A stretch of DNA of 64,000 bases from a virus, in the IMG/VR virus record IMGVR_UViG_3300031746_000007, positions 20,669 through 84,668 of that record, one strand, 5' to 3'. Shown piece after piece: positions 27,827-36,096 of this stretch. Position numbers and translations under genes: made by a program. Numbering within the stretch: the first letter of the stretch is position 1; every line of letters starts with the position of its first letter. The notes beneath the pieces were generated by a model. That model did no database searches, was not told the origin of the DNA, and saw only the letters and a program-made list of their open reading frames with translations.

Positions 27827-28963
27827 ATGGCCGACTTTCGCGAAGAGCTTCACCCGCGGGACCGTGGCAGATTCGCTGAAAAAGCGCGCGAAGCCGAAGC
27901 ACTTGCCACCCTCGCCGACATCAAACACACCCGGGACGCTCGCGAGCGCTCCGCCTCCCACCCCATCATGCGCGAGCCGACGACCCCGCCCCCGGGCGAG
28001 CGAGCGGCCTACGCGCCCGACATCCGACGCGACGACAACGATGACGGCATCGCCGACCGCTCTCGTGTCGGTCTCGGCGGGCGCGACACGTGCCCTCCCG
28101 GCGAGATCCCTCGCCTCCCGAACCTCACCGAGCGCGAGCGCGAGGTCGAGTCTCACTTCGCCGACGCATACGAGCGCGACCCACAGGCCAAGGTCGACGA
28201 GTACCGCGCCACCGTGAAGAACAACGTCTTCAACACCGACGACGCGAAGATGCTTTCGCCCGACTACAACCCTCCGAAGGAACTGGGCTACTCACGCGAC
28301 GCGATCAATGACATGCGCTCGCAGAACAACGTGCTCGTGCACCAGACCGCGAACGCGATCGCGAAGACCGCGTTCCTGCAACGTCTCGACGAGCTGCCCG
28401 CCGGCTCGAGCGTGCTCGTCACTGCCGGCGGCTGCGCGGCTGGCAAGGGCTACGCGATCGGACACGTCGAGCAGGCCAAAGCGCTCGAGAACATCGTGGG
28501 CGCAACCTGGGATGCGGCCGGCGAGCAGAACAGCACCGAGAACCCCTGGATCCTCGACGAGTGCCGAGCCCGTGGGCTCAAACCGATCTACACCTTCGTC
28601 GACGCCGACCCGCTCGCACGCTGGTCGAGCGACCATCCGCACGGGGTCATCGAGCGCGCCGCCGGCAAAGGTCGCATGGTCGACGCCCGGCTCTTCGCTG
28701 ACAGCTACGCCGAGGGGTCGAAGAACTTCGCCGCCTTTCACGCCGCCCACAAAGACGACGCCGACGTCGGCTTCATCCTGATCGACGCGCGCACCGACTC
28801 CGCTACCCCGCGCCTGCTCGAGAACTTCCCCGAGGTCGCGCTGCGCGCTGACTCCGACGAGATCTATGCGCAGGCGTCCCGCATCGTCGACGAGAAGCTC
28901 GACCTGAACCCGGCGATCCGCCGCGGCGCTACGGTCGGACGCAGGATCTGGGGAGCCCCGTGA
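27827..28963 (+). CDS. Zeta-toxin-like P-loop kinase with N-terminal HPRD.GRF motif
   Basis: VLVTAGGCAAGKG Walker A; IERA..KGRMV; N-terminus FREELHPRDRGRF. Confidence 0.7.
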   Translation: MADFREELHPRDRGRFAEKAREAEALATLADIKHTRDARERSASHPIMREPTTPPPGERAAYAPDIRRDDNDDGIADRSRVGLGGRDTCPPGEIPRLPNLTEREREVESHFADAYERDPQAKVDEYRATVKNNVFNTDDAKMLSPDYNPPKELGYSRDAINDMRSQNNVLVHQTANAIAKTAFLQRLDELPAGSSVLVTAGGCAAGKGYAIGHVEQAKALENIVGATWDAAGEQNSTENPWILDECRARGLKPIYTFVDADPLARWSSDHPHGVIERAAGKGRMVDARLFADSYAEGSKNFAAFHAAHKDDADVGFILIDARTDSATPRLLENFPEVALRADSDEIYAQASRIVDEKLDLNPAIRRGATVGRRIWGAP

Positions 28964-30267
28964 GCCCGGCCGCTCGCGAAGGTCTCGTCGCCGTCGAGCG
29001 GGAAGTGTCGCGCTCCACAGGCGAGACCCACACGCAGCGCTTTTGGGTACGGCGCGAAGATCTGAAAGACACCGTGCGCGCCGACCCCCGCCTTCGTGTG
29101 GTCGCGAGCAGCAACGCTCCCAACCTCACAAAGCTCACCGCTAGCGAGCGCAAACGAACATCATGGGACCGGGCCCCACCCATCGTCAAATCGGCGGCCC
29201 GCTCTCTGCTTCAAGATGCCGGCGGTTTGTCGGCAGCGCTCGAGGCGATTCAGAACTCCAAAAAAGACGACCTGCTCATCGACCCGGTATCCAAACAACC
29301 GACGACAGCCCTTCGTGTTCGCAACGCGCTCGAGGCACTGCGCCCGCAACCCCTCCCCAAAAACGAGGAGTATGTCACCGTTCACCACGCCACGGACGCC
29401 GCGAGCGCGGCGACGATCTTGAAGGACGGGCTCATCCCCGAACTGAAGCCCCACACGCTCGCCTCCGAGCGCTACGAAAAAGGCGAGGCTGCCACCTTCT
29501 CCCCGGGCTCCGGGCTGTCCCGCGGCACCTACGTCGCCGAGCCGGGCAAAGCCGAGAGCTACGGGCGGGTCGTGCTCGAGCTGAAGATCCCGAAGTCCTA
29601 TCTCGAGGTCTCTCCCGAGCAGACCACCCTCGGTGTCACCGACGCCGGCGAGTCTCTGAAAACTCACGACGGTGCGGTCATCACCAAACCGATCCCGCCA
29701 TCCGCCATCCGCGACGTGGCGGCGCCGCGATTCACCTTCGAAAAGCCGCTGCCGGCCGGGATACACGAGCCGGTTGCTGCCGCCCTGACCACCCTTCTCG
29801 ACACCTACCCGGAGATCAGCGGTCTCAAGATCAACATGAGCGAGCTGTCCGGCACTGGCGTCATGGCGCTAGGCGGGAAGACCAGCATCACCCTCAATAC
29901 CCAGATCTGGGATGACCCCGCCAAGCTCGCCGAGCATGAGAAAGCGTGGACCGGTCTAGTCATCGACGCCACCCCCGCCGGGACCGTGGTGCACGAGGTC
30001 GGTCACGTGATGTCGAAGTACGTTCACGATCAGCTCGGAGACGACGACTTCGATCGCATCATCACAAAGCACGCGCCAGACCACGGCTCTCTCTCCTCCC
30101 CCTCAGTGTATGGACAAGAGTCGCCCGGTGAATTCTTGGCCGAATCGTTCTCTGCCCGGCACTTCGGTCACCACGCGAACAGAGACACTGAAGAAATGCA
30201 GCGCTACCTTGCGGCATCGGTCTCCTTGTGGGACGAGCTGATCTCCGAAGCGAGGAAACCCCGATGA
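28960..30267 (+). CDS. Two-domain effector: ART-like domain plus zincin metallopeptidase, shared N-terminal leader
   Basis: VHHATD..ILKDGL / GTYVA / YG.VVLELKIP; VHEVGH...YG.ES..EFLAESF. Confidence 0.65.
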   Translation: MSPAAREGLVAVEREVSRSTGETHTQRFWVRREDLKDTVRADPRLRVVASSNAPNLTKLTASERKRTSWDRAPPIVKSAARSLLQDAGGLSAALEAIQNSKKDDLLIDPVSKQPTTALRVRNALEALRPQPLPKNEEYVTVHHATDAASAATILKDGLIPELKPHTLASERYEKGEAATFSPGSGLSRGTYVAEPGKAESYGRVVLELKIPKSYLEVSPEQTTLGVTDAGESLKTHDGAVITKPIPPSAIRDVAAPRFTFEKPLPAGIHEPVAAALTTLLDTYPEISGLKINMSELSGTGVMALGGKTSITLNTQIWDDPAKLAEHEKAWTGLVIDATPAGTVVHEVGHVMSKYVHDQLGDDDFDRIITKHAPDHGSLSSPSVYGQESPGEFLAESFSARHFGHHANRDTEEMQRYLAASVSLWDELISEARKPR

Positions 30268-30521
30268 TCCCCGTCACCCCGCCCCCGCACCTCCGCATCA
30301 CCGCCGACCCCGAGCCCGACGACACCGTCGTCAGCGACCCGAAGCAACCGCTCTACGACCTCGCCGAGATCCTCCGTTCGAACCTCGAGAAGAACCTCGC
30401 CGACCCCGAGACCTTCTCGATCGAGCGCGAGCTTCAAGAAGACGCGATCGAACCGAGCCCCGACCTCGGGTTCCCCGTCGAGCTACCCGACCTGAACCCG
30501 GACGGTTCGACGAAGCCCTAA
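30264..30521 (+). CDS. Small acidic Pro-rich protein
   Basis: ATGA overlap with the upstream stop; GAGG RBS. Confidence 0.65.
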   Translation: MIPVTPPPHLRITADPEPDDTVVSDPKQPLYDLAEILRSNLEKNLADPETFSIERELQEDAIEPSPDLGFPVELPDLNPDGSTKP

Positions 30522-30811
30522 CCGACGCAGATCACCGTCGCGACTTGGTACCGCTCGCCGTCCGACGACAGCTTGATCGCGACGCCGGAGAAGAACGAGT
30601 CGCCGTGAAAACCGTCGTACCCGAGCAGCGACAGGTCCCCCGTACGCATGAACTGGTCGAGGTGGTACCACGTCCCGCGGTAACACAAGAACCCGTCGAC
30701 GACCTCCTCGGGATCCTGGTAGTCGAACTCCCGCTCGAGCACCGCCGCCGGCACCTCGGTCCTGTAGGCGAACGGCTTCCACTTGTGGTCAGTCTTGATC
30801 AACGTCTTCAC
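30518..30811 (-). CDS. Hypothetical phage protein
   Basis: GGAGG RBS, GTG start; F.YRG.WY.L..FMR...DG...DSFFSG. Confidence 0.75.
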   Translation of the reverse strand: MKTLIKTDHKWKPFAYRTEVPAAVLEREFDYQDPEEVVDGFLCYRGTWYHLDQFMRTGDLSLLGYDGFHGDSFFSGVAIKLSSDGERYQVATVICVG

Positions 30812-31014
30812 GTCAGCACCTCCGCCACGGGCTCGACAGCCTTCCACACGTCGCGAGCCGTCTTGACCGTCTTGAACGCATCGATCGCGAGCGCACCCGC
30901 AGCCCCCGCCGGCGCACCGAACACCATCGCACACACGAACGCGAGCACTGCCGCAGCCGACATCACCTCCGCCGTCCGGAGCCCCTTCCCGCACGCACTC
31001 ACCAGGCTTCCCAC
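30808..31014 (-). CDS. Small membrane protein (start uncertain)
   Basis: Hydrophobic stretch; GAGGAGG RBS after repeat 3. Confidence 0.5.
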   Translation of the reverse strand: MGSLVSACGKGLRTAEVMSAAAVLAFVCAMVFGAPAGAAGALAIDAFKTVKTARDVWKAVEPVAEVLT

Positions 31015-31040
31015 GACCGCACCTCCTCACCACAATCACT

Positions 31041-31075
31041 ATCGTGACATTCTCGCCTTCGTTTGTCAAGAGAAA
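31041..31075 (-). promoter_or_regulatory. Cassette promoter repeat 3
   Basis: TTTCTC TTGACA aacgaaggc GAGAATGT CACGAT. Confidence 0.8.
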
Positions 31076-31082
31076 AGAGACG

Positions 31083-31361
31083 TCAGGCCGACATCACCTT
31101 CGACCCGTTATCCTCCGCGCTACCGGTCTCGTCCCAGTTGACCAGATCGAGCGTCCCATCCTCCCGCACCGCCGGTACCCGGTCGTATGCCTCGCGCGCC
31201 GACGACTCGAATGCCCGAACCAGGAAGTCGAGCACCACCGTCTCGCTCTTGCCCGATTCCTTGACGAGCCAGTCGACCCAATCCTTTCGGATCCGCACCT
31301 CGACCCGCCGGGTCGTTCTCACGACCCCGTCCTTGCTCATCGTCCACTTCACTCGAGCCAT
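31083..31361 (-). CDS. Hypothetical protein (RHH-like possible)
   Basis: GGAGG RBS; VEVRIRK.W...L...SGKS...V...LV. Confidence 0.65.
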   Translation of the reverse strand: MARVKWTMSKDGVVRTTRRVEVRIRKDWVDWLVKESGKSETVVLDFLVRAFESSAREAYDRVPAVREDGTLDLVNWDETGSAEDNGSKVMSA

Positions 31362-31364
31362 CGT

Positions 31365-31694
31365 TCAGCCCTCCTCCGCCATCCGCCGGCGAGCCGCGTG
31401 GAGCGCTCCCATCGGCGTCCCCTTCGTGGTGAGCAACCCGACCGACCGGCAGGCTTCGTGAGCCGCGGCGCCGCACGTCGTGCAGGGCTTCCGGCGCATC
31501 CACTCTTCCGGAGCGTACCGAAGAAAGGTCTCGGTGCCGTCCGACCCAACCCGGTACATCTCGAATCGAGTCGTTTTCTTCGACCCCTTGAACCCCTCGA
31601 CCCGCTTCACTTTGAACGTCGCACCCTCGAGCGACGTGAACGTGAAGCACCCGGTCACCTCGAGCCACCCGTAACCCCTCGTTCGCATCGTCAT
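31365..31694 (-). CDS. Hypothetical Zn-finger protein
   Basis: AAGGAGG RBS; PCTTCGA....C......H..R. Confidence 0.65.
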   Translation of the reverse strand: MTMRTRGYGWLEVTGCFTFTSLEGATFKVKRVEGFKGSKKTTRFEMYRVGSDGTETFLRYAPEEWMRRKPCTTCGAAAHEACRSVGLLTTKGTPMGALHAARRRMAEEG

Positions 31695-31705
31695 CGCACC
31701 CTCCT

Positions 31706-31882
31706 TCAAGCGGCCTTCTTCACCGGCTCCGCGTCCCCGTAGCAGGGGAGGTCGCAGAGATCTTCCGCCGCGTGTTTCCAGCAGTACCAGCTGCCCTTCT
31801 CAGCCCGGCAATCGCAACCGGGGTGCCCGCAGCTCGGTGCCCCAACCATCCGGAGCCCGCTCTTCTTCGTTCCTTTCTTCAT
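31706..31882 (-). CDS. Small Cys-rich protein
   Basis: C..PGC...A..GS.YC.KH; AAGGAGG RBS. Confidence 0.65.
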   Translation of the reverse strand: MKKGTKKSGLRMVGAPSCGHPGCDCRAEKGSWYCWKHAAEDLCDLPCYGDAEPVKKAA

Positions 31883-31906
31883 CGCGAGCCTCCTTCCCAC
31901 GATGCA

Positions 31907-31941
31907 AGTGTCTCATTATCCCGTACGAATGGCAATAGAAA
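31907..31941 (-). promoter_or_regulatory. Cassette promoter repeat 4 (TTGCCA variant)
   Basis: TTTCTA TTGCCA ttcgtacgg GATAATGA GACACT. Confidence 0.75.
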
Positions 31942-31976
31942 ACGACAAGCCGCGGTCGATTCTTTGACGCTGTGCG

Positions 31977-32276
31977 TCAGGCAGCCGCAGCGGTGAAGCC
32001 ACACACCCCGGCAGTCGAATCACCCATCCCGAGCATCGCAGCCGCGGCAGTCTCGGCAGCCTCGGCGGCAGCCACCGCAGCCTCGGCCGCCTTCTTGGCG
32101 ACGGCGAGCATGGCGGCGACCGCATACTTGGCTTTGTCCGAGCCGTCCGACTCCTCGGCAGCGGTGCCGGCGGCATCCGCGGCGAACGCCGAAGCCGACG
32201 ACGACTCGCGAGCGATGTAGGCCAGGGCTTTCATCGCCTCACCCATCGACGATCCGCTCTTCTTCTTGCCCGCCAT
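31977..32276 (-). CDS. Ala-rich hypothetical protein
   Basis: AAGGAGG RBS after repeat 5. Confidence 0.6.
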   Translation of the reverse strand: MAGKKKSGSSMGEAMKALAYIARESSSASAFAADAAGTAAEESDGSDKAKYAVAAMLAVAKKAAEAAVAAAEAAETAAAAMLGMGDSTAGVCGFTAAAA

Positions 32277-32299
32277 GACACCCTCCTTCCTACAGGCAG

Positions 32300-32335
32300 A
32301 GTGTCTCATTCTCCCGTACGATTGTCAAGAGAATT
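32300..32335 (-). promoter_or_regulatory. Cassette promoter repeat 5
   Basis: AATTCTC TTGACA atcgtacgg GAGAATGA GACACT; overlaps upstream TAA. Confidence 0.9.
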
Positions 32336-32609
32336 AGCGCTGTTGCTGGTATCCGATCGCCTCGAGCGCAGCGACCTCGAGCAGCGCCCACTCCTCCGGC
32401 GTCTCCGGTCCCTCCGGCTTGCGCAACGCCGCGAACCGGTCGTCGCCCATGAGCTTGCGCCGCATCGCGCCCGATCGGCGCGCGAGCCAGACCTCCTCGG
32501 CGTGATCGTGAATTCGCTGGAACCGAAAGTCGAGCTGGTCCCATACCGTCGTCATCCGCCCGATCGACGCCATGTTGTCGACGACCTTGTTGCCGCAGTC
32601 GCTTCCCAT
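32334..32609 (-). CDS. Hypothetical protein
   Basis: GAGGAGG RBS. Confidence 0.65.
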   Translation of the reverse strand: MGSDCGNKVVDNMASIGRMTTVWDQLDFRFQRIHDHAEEVWLARRSGAMRRKLMGDDRFAALRKPEGPETPEEWALLEVAALEAIGYQQQR

Positions 32610-32619
32610 CGCACCCTCC

Positions 32620-33105
32620 TCATCCGCTCGAGTCGTAGCTCGAGATCTCGCCGCACTTCTTGCAGCGGGTCACGTGCCAACACATCCCGAAGTGTTGCAC
32701 CCCGAGCTTCCGCGCCTCGTCCCCCGAGATCTCTTCGAAGTCGTGCTCGCATGCGAGCGTGTGCCAGCAACCCTGGCACCGCGCCGGGTCGGTCACGTTC
32801 TCGTGATCAGGCGACCCGTACTCGATCAGGTGCGCCCGGCAGCTCTTGTGCAGCCGGAGCTTCGCAGCCGCAGCCTCAAGCTCAGCCGTGACACCCTCGG
32901 GCGTCAGCGAGATCTTGCCGCTCTTCACGTCGTCGATGAACTTGCGCCACTCGTCATCCCAGCCCTCGATCCCGCGCACCCACTTGGCGCGACACGTGAG
33001 CTTGAAAAGCTCTTGCTCCTTCTGGTAGACGGCATACTCAGCCGCCCGCTTCGCCTCGAGCGCTCGTCGCTCCGCGGCTTTCATCCTCGGCTTTCGTGGC
33101 ATCAC
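32620..33105 (-). CDS. Hypothetical Cys/His-rich protein
   Basis: AAGGAGG RBS; CEHDF...CWHV.RC.KCG..YDSS. Confidence 0.7.
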   Translation of the reverse strand: MMPRKPRMKAAERRALEAKRAAEYAVYQKEQELFKLTCRAKWVRGIEGWDDEWRKFIDDVKSGKISLTPEGVTAELEAAAAKLRLHKSCRAHLIEYGSPDHENVTDPARCQGCWHTLACEHDFEEISGDEARKLGVQHFGMCWHVTRCKKCGEISSYDSSG

Positions 33106-33113
33106 ACCCTCCT

Positions 33114-33503
33114 TTAGAAGCTGAAGTCGTGATACTTGCCGCGGCGCCCGATGCTGAGCCCTTTGCCGCCGCCGCGGAGCTTATTCAGCCGGCCGGTCAC
33201 CGGGTTCTCGACCATCTCCCCCCACTTCCCGCTCGGAGCCCGCTTGAAGTAGAAGACCCGTCCGTCCGGGTTCGGGGTGAAAACGTAGTCCTGACACTCG
33301 CTCATCCCGTTTTTGTCGACCCGCTTGGCGTCATCTTCGACGACCTTGACGACCACCGAGCCCTTGTCGCGAAGGATGTCGACGATCGTCCCGGCGTCGC
33401 GGTCCGACCAGCCGCACATCGTGACCCCCATCCCGATCTCGGGCTCGGGCTGTCCGATGACGCTCCTTGAAATGATGTCGTTGGTGATGCTGCCGAAAGC
33501 CAT
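33114..33503 (-). CDS. Hypothetical phage protein
   Basis: P.IGMGVT...WSDR...G.R.KYHDFSF; GGAGG RBS. Confidence 0.75.
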   Translation of the reverse strand: MAFGSITNDIISRSVIGQPEPEIGMGVTMCGWSDRDAGTIVDILRDKGSVVVKVVEDDAKRVDKNGMSECQDYVFTPNPDGRVFYFKRAPSGKWGEMVENPVTGRLNKLRGGGKGLSIGRRGKYHDFSF

Positions 33504-33512
33504 GATGCCCTC

Positions 33513-33710
33513 CTAGTTCTTGCGGATGGTATCGACGAAAGCGCGAATCGTCTCACCGAGCACCGTGTCATCGACCCCGCCGGCGACTGCCGCCATGCCG
33601 ACTTCGAAGACCGTGCAAATGTCCATCATGTCGATCTGAATCCCCGAGCACGTCGCGTAGTAGGCTTTACTGACGCGCGCCTCGGCTGCCCTGGTTTCCT
33701 TCTTTGTCAT
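33513..33710 (-). CDS. Hypothetical protein
   Basis: AAGGAGG RBS after repeat 6. Confidence 0.7.
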   Translation of the reverse strand: MTKKETRAAEARVSKAYYATCSGIQIDMMDICTVFEVGMAAVAGGVDDTVLGETIRAFVDTIRKN

Positions 33711-33731
33711 CGCTGCCCTCCTTCGATTGTC

Positions 33732-33767
33732 ATCGTCTCATTCTCCGAGACGATTGTCAAGAGAATT
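33732..33767 (-). promoter_or_regulatory. Cassette promoter repeat 6
   Basis: AATTCTC TTGACA atcgtctcg GAGAATGA GACGAT. Confidence 0.9.
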
Positions 33768-34066
33768 TAGCGGAGGTAGGTGCCCCCGTACTCGGTCACC
33801 CCGAGCGCCCCCGTGAAGATGTTGCCGCGAGCGTGCTTCGCCGGCTTCTTCCACCCATCGGCCTTGAGCACGTCGCCGTTCGTGGTGTCGATGAAGCAGT
33901 GCACCGACCGGCTGTCGTCCTCGCGAACGACCCGGATGTAGCGCCGACCGGGGTCGAGCTTCAGCACCGGGCGCGTCAGGTTCGGATAGCGTTCGTGACC
34001 TTTGTCGACGATCGCCTGTGCTTTCGCGAGCCAGGTCTCGAGCGCCGCTGTGAACTTGGGATCCAT
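33767..34066 (-). CDS. Hypothetical phage protein
   Basis: GRRYIRVV...RSVHCFID..NGDVLKA.GWK.PAK.ARGNI; single-gene cassette. Confidence 0.8.
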   Translation of the reverse strand: MDPKFTAALETWLAKAQAIVDKGHERYPNLTRPVLKLDPGRRYIRVVREDDSRSVHCFIDTTNGDVLKADGWKKPAKHARGNIFTGALGVTEYGGTYLR

Positions 34067-34088
34067 TGTTCTTTCCTCCTCGATTGTC

Positions 34089-34124
34089 ATCGTCTCATTC
34101 TCCGAGACGATTGTCAAGAAAATT
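34089..34124 (-). promoter_or_regulatory. Cassette promoter repeat 7
   Basis: AATTTTC TTGACA atcgtctcg GAGAATGA GACGAT; 40 bp identical to copy 6. Confidence 0.9.
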
Positions 34125-34136
34125 GTCAAAAAAAGG

Positions 34137-34361
34137 TCAGTCGGTCCTGACCTGCCAGGTGATGTTGAACCCATCCTCGCGCGCGACCTTGTCGGCGAGC
34201 CGCTCGCCCGCCGGCGTGAGCTTGCCCCACTCGTCGACGAGCCCGGCTCGAGCCCACTTGCCGGTGAAGTCGGCGATCGGCAGCGTCCCGCGAAAGGCTC
34301 GCATGACGACGATCATCGATCGTTGCGTGCCGGTCAGTTTGTCGGGGTCGATGAAATTCAT
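34137..34361 (-). CDS. Hypothetical protein
   Basis: Coupled to the upstream gene (ATGA). Confidence 0.6.
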   Translation of the reverse strand: MNFIDPDKLTGTQRSMIVVMRAFRGTLPIADFTGKWARAGLVDEWGKLTPAGERLADKVAREDGFNITWQVRTD

Positions 34362-34588
34362 GGTCTACTCCCCCGTGCTTTCCAGAACGGTTCGAACGCG
34401 AACGGAATGTCGGCCCAGAGCTTGCCGTCGACCGCGCTCCTGAAATGGGTGGCGCCGTGAATCTCCCCGGAGCCGATATGCTCGGCGATGATCTTCTCGG
34501 CGATCGGCGTCGCTTCGACGTATAGGTCCGACTCGTGCGAATCGATCTTGCACCCCGCGCTCACCAGAGCTTCATACACACTTGCCAT
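34358..34588 (-). CDS. Hypothetical phage protein
   Basis: IDSHESDLYV...F.S.VDG.LW.DIPFA..PFW. Confidence 0.75.
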   Translation of the reverse strand: MASVYEALVSAGCKIDSHESDLYVEATPIAEKIIAEHIGSGEIHGATHFRSAVDGKLWADIPFAFEPFWKARGSRP

Positions 34589-34601
34589 GATCTCCCCCTT
34601 C

Positions 34602-34790
34602 TTATGTCGCCGAGAGCCAGCTCTCGGCTGCTTTCGGCGTCGTCGGAATCGGCCCGACGTCGAGGTCGATGTCGACCCCACCGCACTTCGGGCAGCCCTC
34701 GCTCGAGGCGCGCGTCGCGCCGGCGACAGTCTTGAAAACGTGCCCGCACTCGAGGCACTTGTAACCGCTGGTGTGCTTCGTGGTTTTCAT
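34602..34790 (-). CDS. Zn-ribbon protein
   Basis: YKCLECGHVF...CPKCGG. Confidence 0.7.
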   Translation of the reverse strand: MKTTKHTSGYKCLECGHVFKTVAGATRASSEGCPKCGGVDIDLDVGPIPTTPKAAESWLSAT

Positions 34791-34814
34791 CGCTGGTCTC
34801 CTTCCCACGACGCT

Positions 34815-34850
34815 ATCGTCTCATTATCCCTTCCGTGTGTCAAGAGAATT
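34815..34850 (-). promoter_or_regulatory. Cassette promoter repeat 8
   Basis: AATTCTC TTGACA cacggaagg GATAATGA GACGAT. Confidence 0.9.
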
Positions 34851-34853
34851 CGA

Positions 34854-35156
34854 CTAGACCCTCGGTGCCATCAGGTCGCGCGCGAGCATCATGCACCACT
34901 TCGACCGGTTCAACATTTGCCGCATCCGCTCCCGATCGGCCGGCGTCGAACCCGGGACCGCGACCAATTCCTGCACGTCGCTCGCGATGCTCATCGCGAG
35001 CATGACCACGTCGCGCGCGTCGGTGAAGTCGGTCATCGTGCAGCCGGTCTTGAAATCGGCGTTCGTCGCGCCGAACATCGTGCGCTCACGCGCCTGCCGG
35101 CGCTCCGCCTCGAGCGCGTCAAGCTCGTACGCCGCCACCTGTTTCTCCCGTGCCAT
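34854..35156 (-). CDS. Hypothetical protein
   Basis: AAGGAGG RBS. Confidence 0.7.
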   Translation of the reverse strand: MAREKQVAAYELDALEAERRQARERTMFGATNADFKTGCTMTDFTDARDVVMLAMSIASDVQELVAVPGSTPADRERMRQMLNRSKWCMMLARDLMAPRV

Positions 35157-35169
35157 CGTCGCCTCCTTC

Positions 35170-35508
35170 TCAGTCGCAGTTGCACATCACCAGGCACCGC
35201 GCGTAGTCGATACCCGTCTCCTCGTGCAGCGTCGCAGCCGCGTCACCGGGGCGACCGATGTCACCCGGGTCACGAGCGCGGTCGGAGAGCCGGCGGAACT
35301 CGGCGTTGTAGGCATCCTCTGCGATCTCCTCTGCCATCCGCGCCTTGATCGCCGCTGCTTTGAGATCGACGAACCGGCTTTCCGCTTTCGCGGCGACTTC
35401 CATGACCTTCTTGTAGCGCGTCTCCGCGCGGTTCATCCGCGTCCACGCCTTACCCGCTTTGCGCTCCGCTCTGTTGCGGTGCGCTTCCAACCTCTCGAGC
35501 TTCGTCAT
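35170..35508 (-). CDS. Hypothetical coiled-coil protein
   Basis: GAGGAGG RBS after repeat 9. Confidence 0.7.
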   Translation of the reverse strand: MTKLERLEAHRNRAERKAGKAWTRMNRAETRYKKVMEVAAKAESRFVDLKAAAIKARMAEEIAEDAYNAEFRRLSDRARDPGDIGRPGDAAATLHEETGIDYARCLVMCNCD

Positions 35509-35526
35509 GTTGCCTCCTCGATTGTC

Positions 35527-35562
35527 ATCGTCTCATTCTCCGTGCCGAGTGTCAAGAGAATT
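35527..35562 (-). promoter_or_regulatory. Cassette promoter repeat 9
   Basis: AATTCTC TTGACA ctcggcacg GAGAATGA GACGAT. Confidence 0.9.
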
Positions 35563-35566
35563 CGAC

Positions 35567-36037
35567 CTACCCGCCGGTGATCTTCATCCCCTTCGACCGG
35601 CGCTTCAGATCTTCGAAGAGCTTCCGGTTCGGGTGAAGCTCCCAGAGCTTCGGCTCGTTCACCGGTCCCCAGACCATCGTGCGGCAGAGGGTTTTGCGAA
35701 TCTCGTCCTTGGTGTACGTGTGGCTCTCGTGGTACTCGCCGCCGGGCGGCAGCGTCAGGTCGACGACTTTGCCGTTCCAGGTCAGCCAGGCGTGCTCGAT
35801 CGGGATCCCGAGCAGGCTCGCTCCCGAGGCATACCCCTCGTGGTACTCGATGCCGGGCAGCTCCGTGTAGAGCATGAACCGCGCGCAGTTCTCGTAGCAG
35901 CTTTTCATCTTCGGCACGAACCCGATGCGCCGAATCTCCGCCTTGATCTCCGGCGGAAGGTGCGACCACGGCACCGGACACCAGCCGCGGGTCGAGTACA
36001 ACTCGATCCGCCGGTCAGTCGTCAATCGCTTCCTCAT
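35567..36037 (-). CDS. Papain/transglutaminase-like protein (C-H-D pattern)
   Basis: K.CYENC...Y.EGY....PIEHAW....GKVVDLT. Confidence 0.65.
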   Translation of the reverse strand: MRKRLTTDRRIELYSTRGWCPVPWSHLPPEIKAEIRRIGFVPKMKSCYENCARFMLYTELPGIEYHEGYASGASLLGIPIEHAWLTWNGKVVDLTLPPGGEYHESHTYTKDEIRKTLCRTMVWGPVNEPKLWELHPNRKLFEDLKRRSKGMKITGG

Positions 36038-36060
36038 CGCGCCCTCCTTCCTACGATGAG

Positions 36061-36096
36061 AGTGTCTCATTCTACCGTCCGTGTGTCAAGAGAATT
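36061..36096 (-). promoter_or_regulatory. Cassette promoter repeat 10
   Basis: AATTCTC TTGACA cacggacgg TAGAATGA GACACT; overlaps upstream TAA. Confidence 0.9.
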
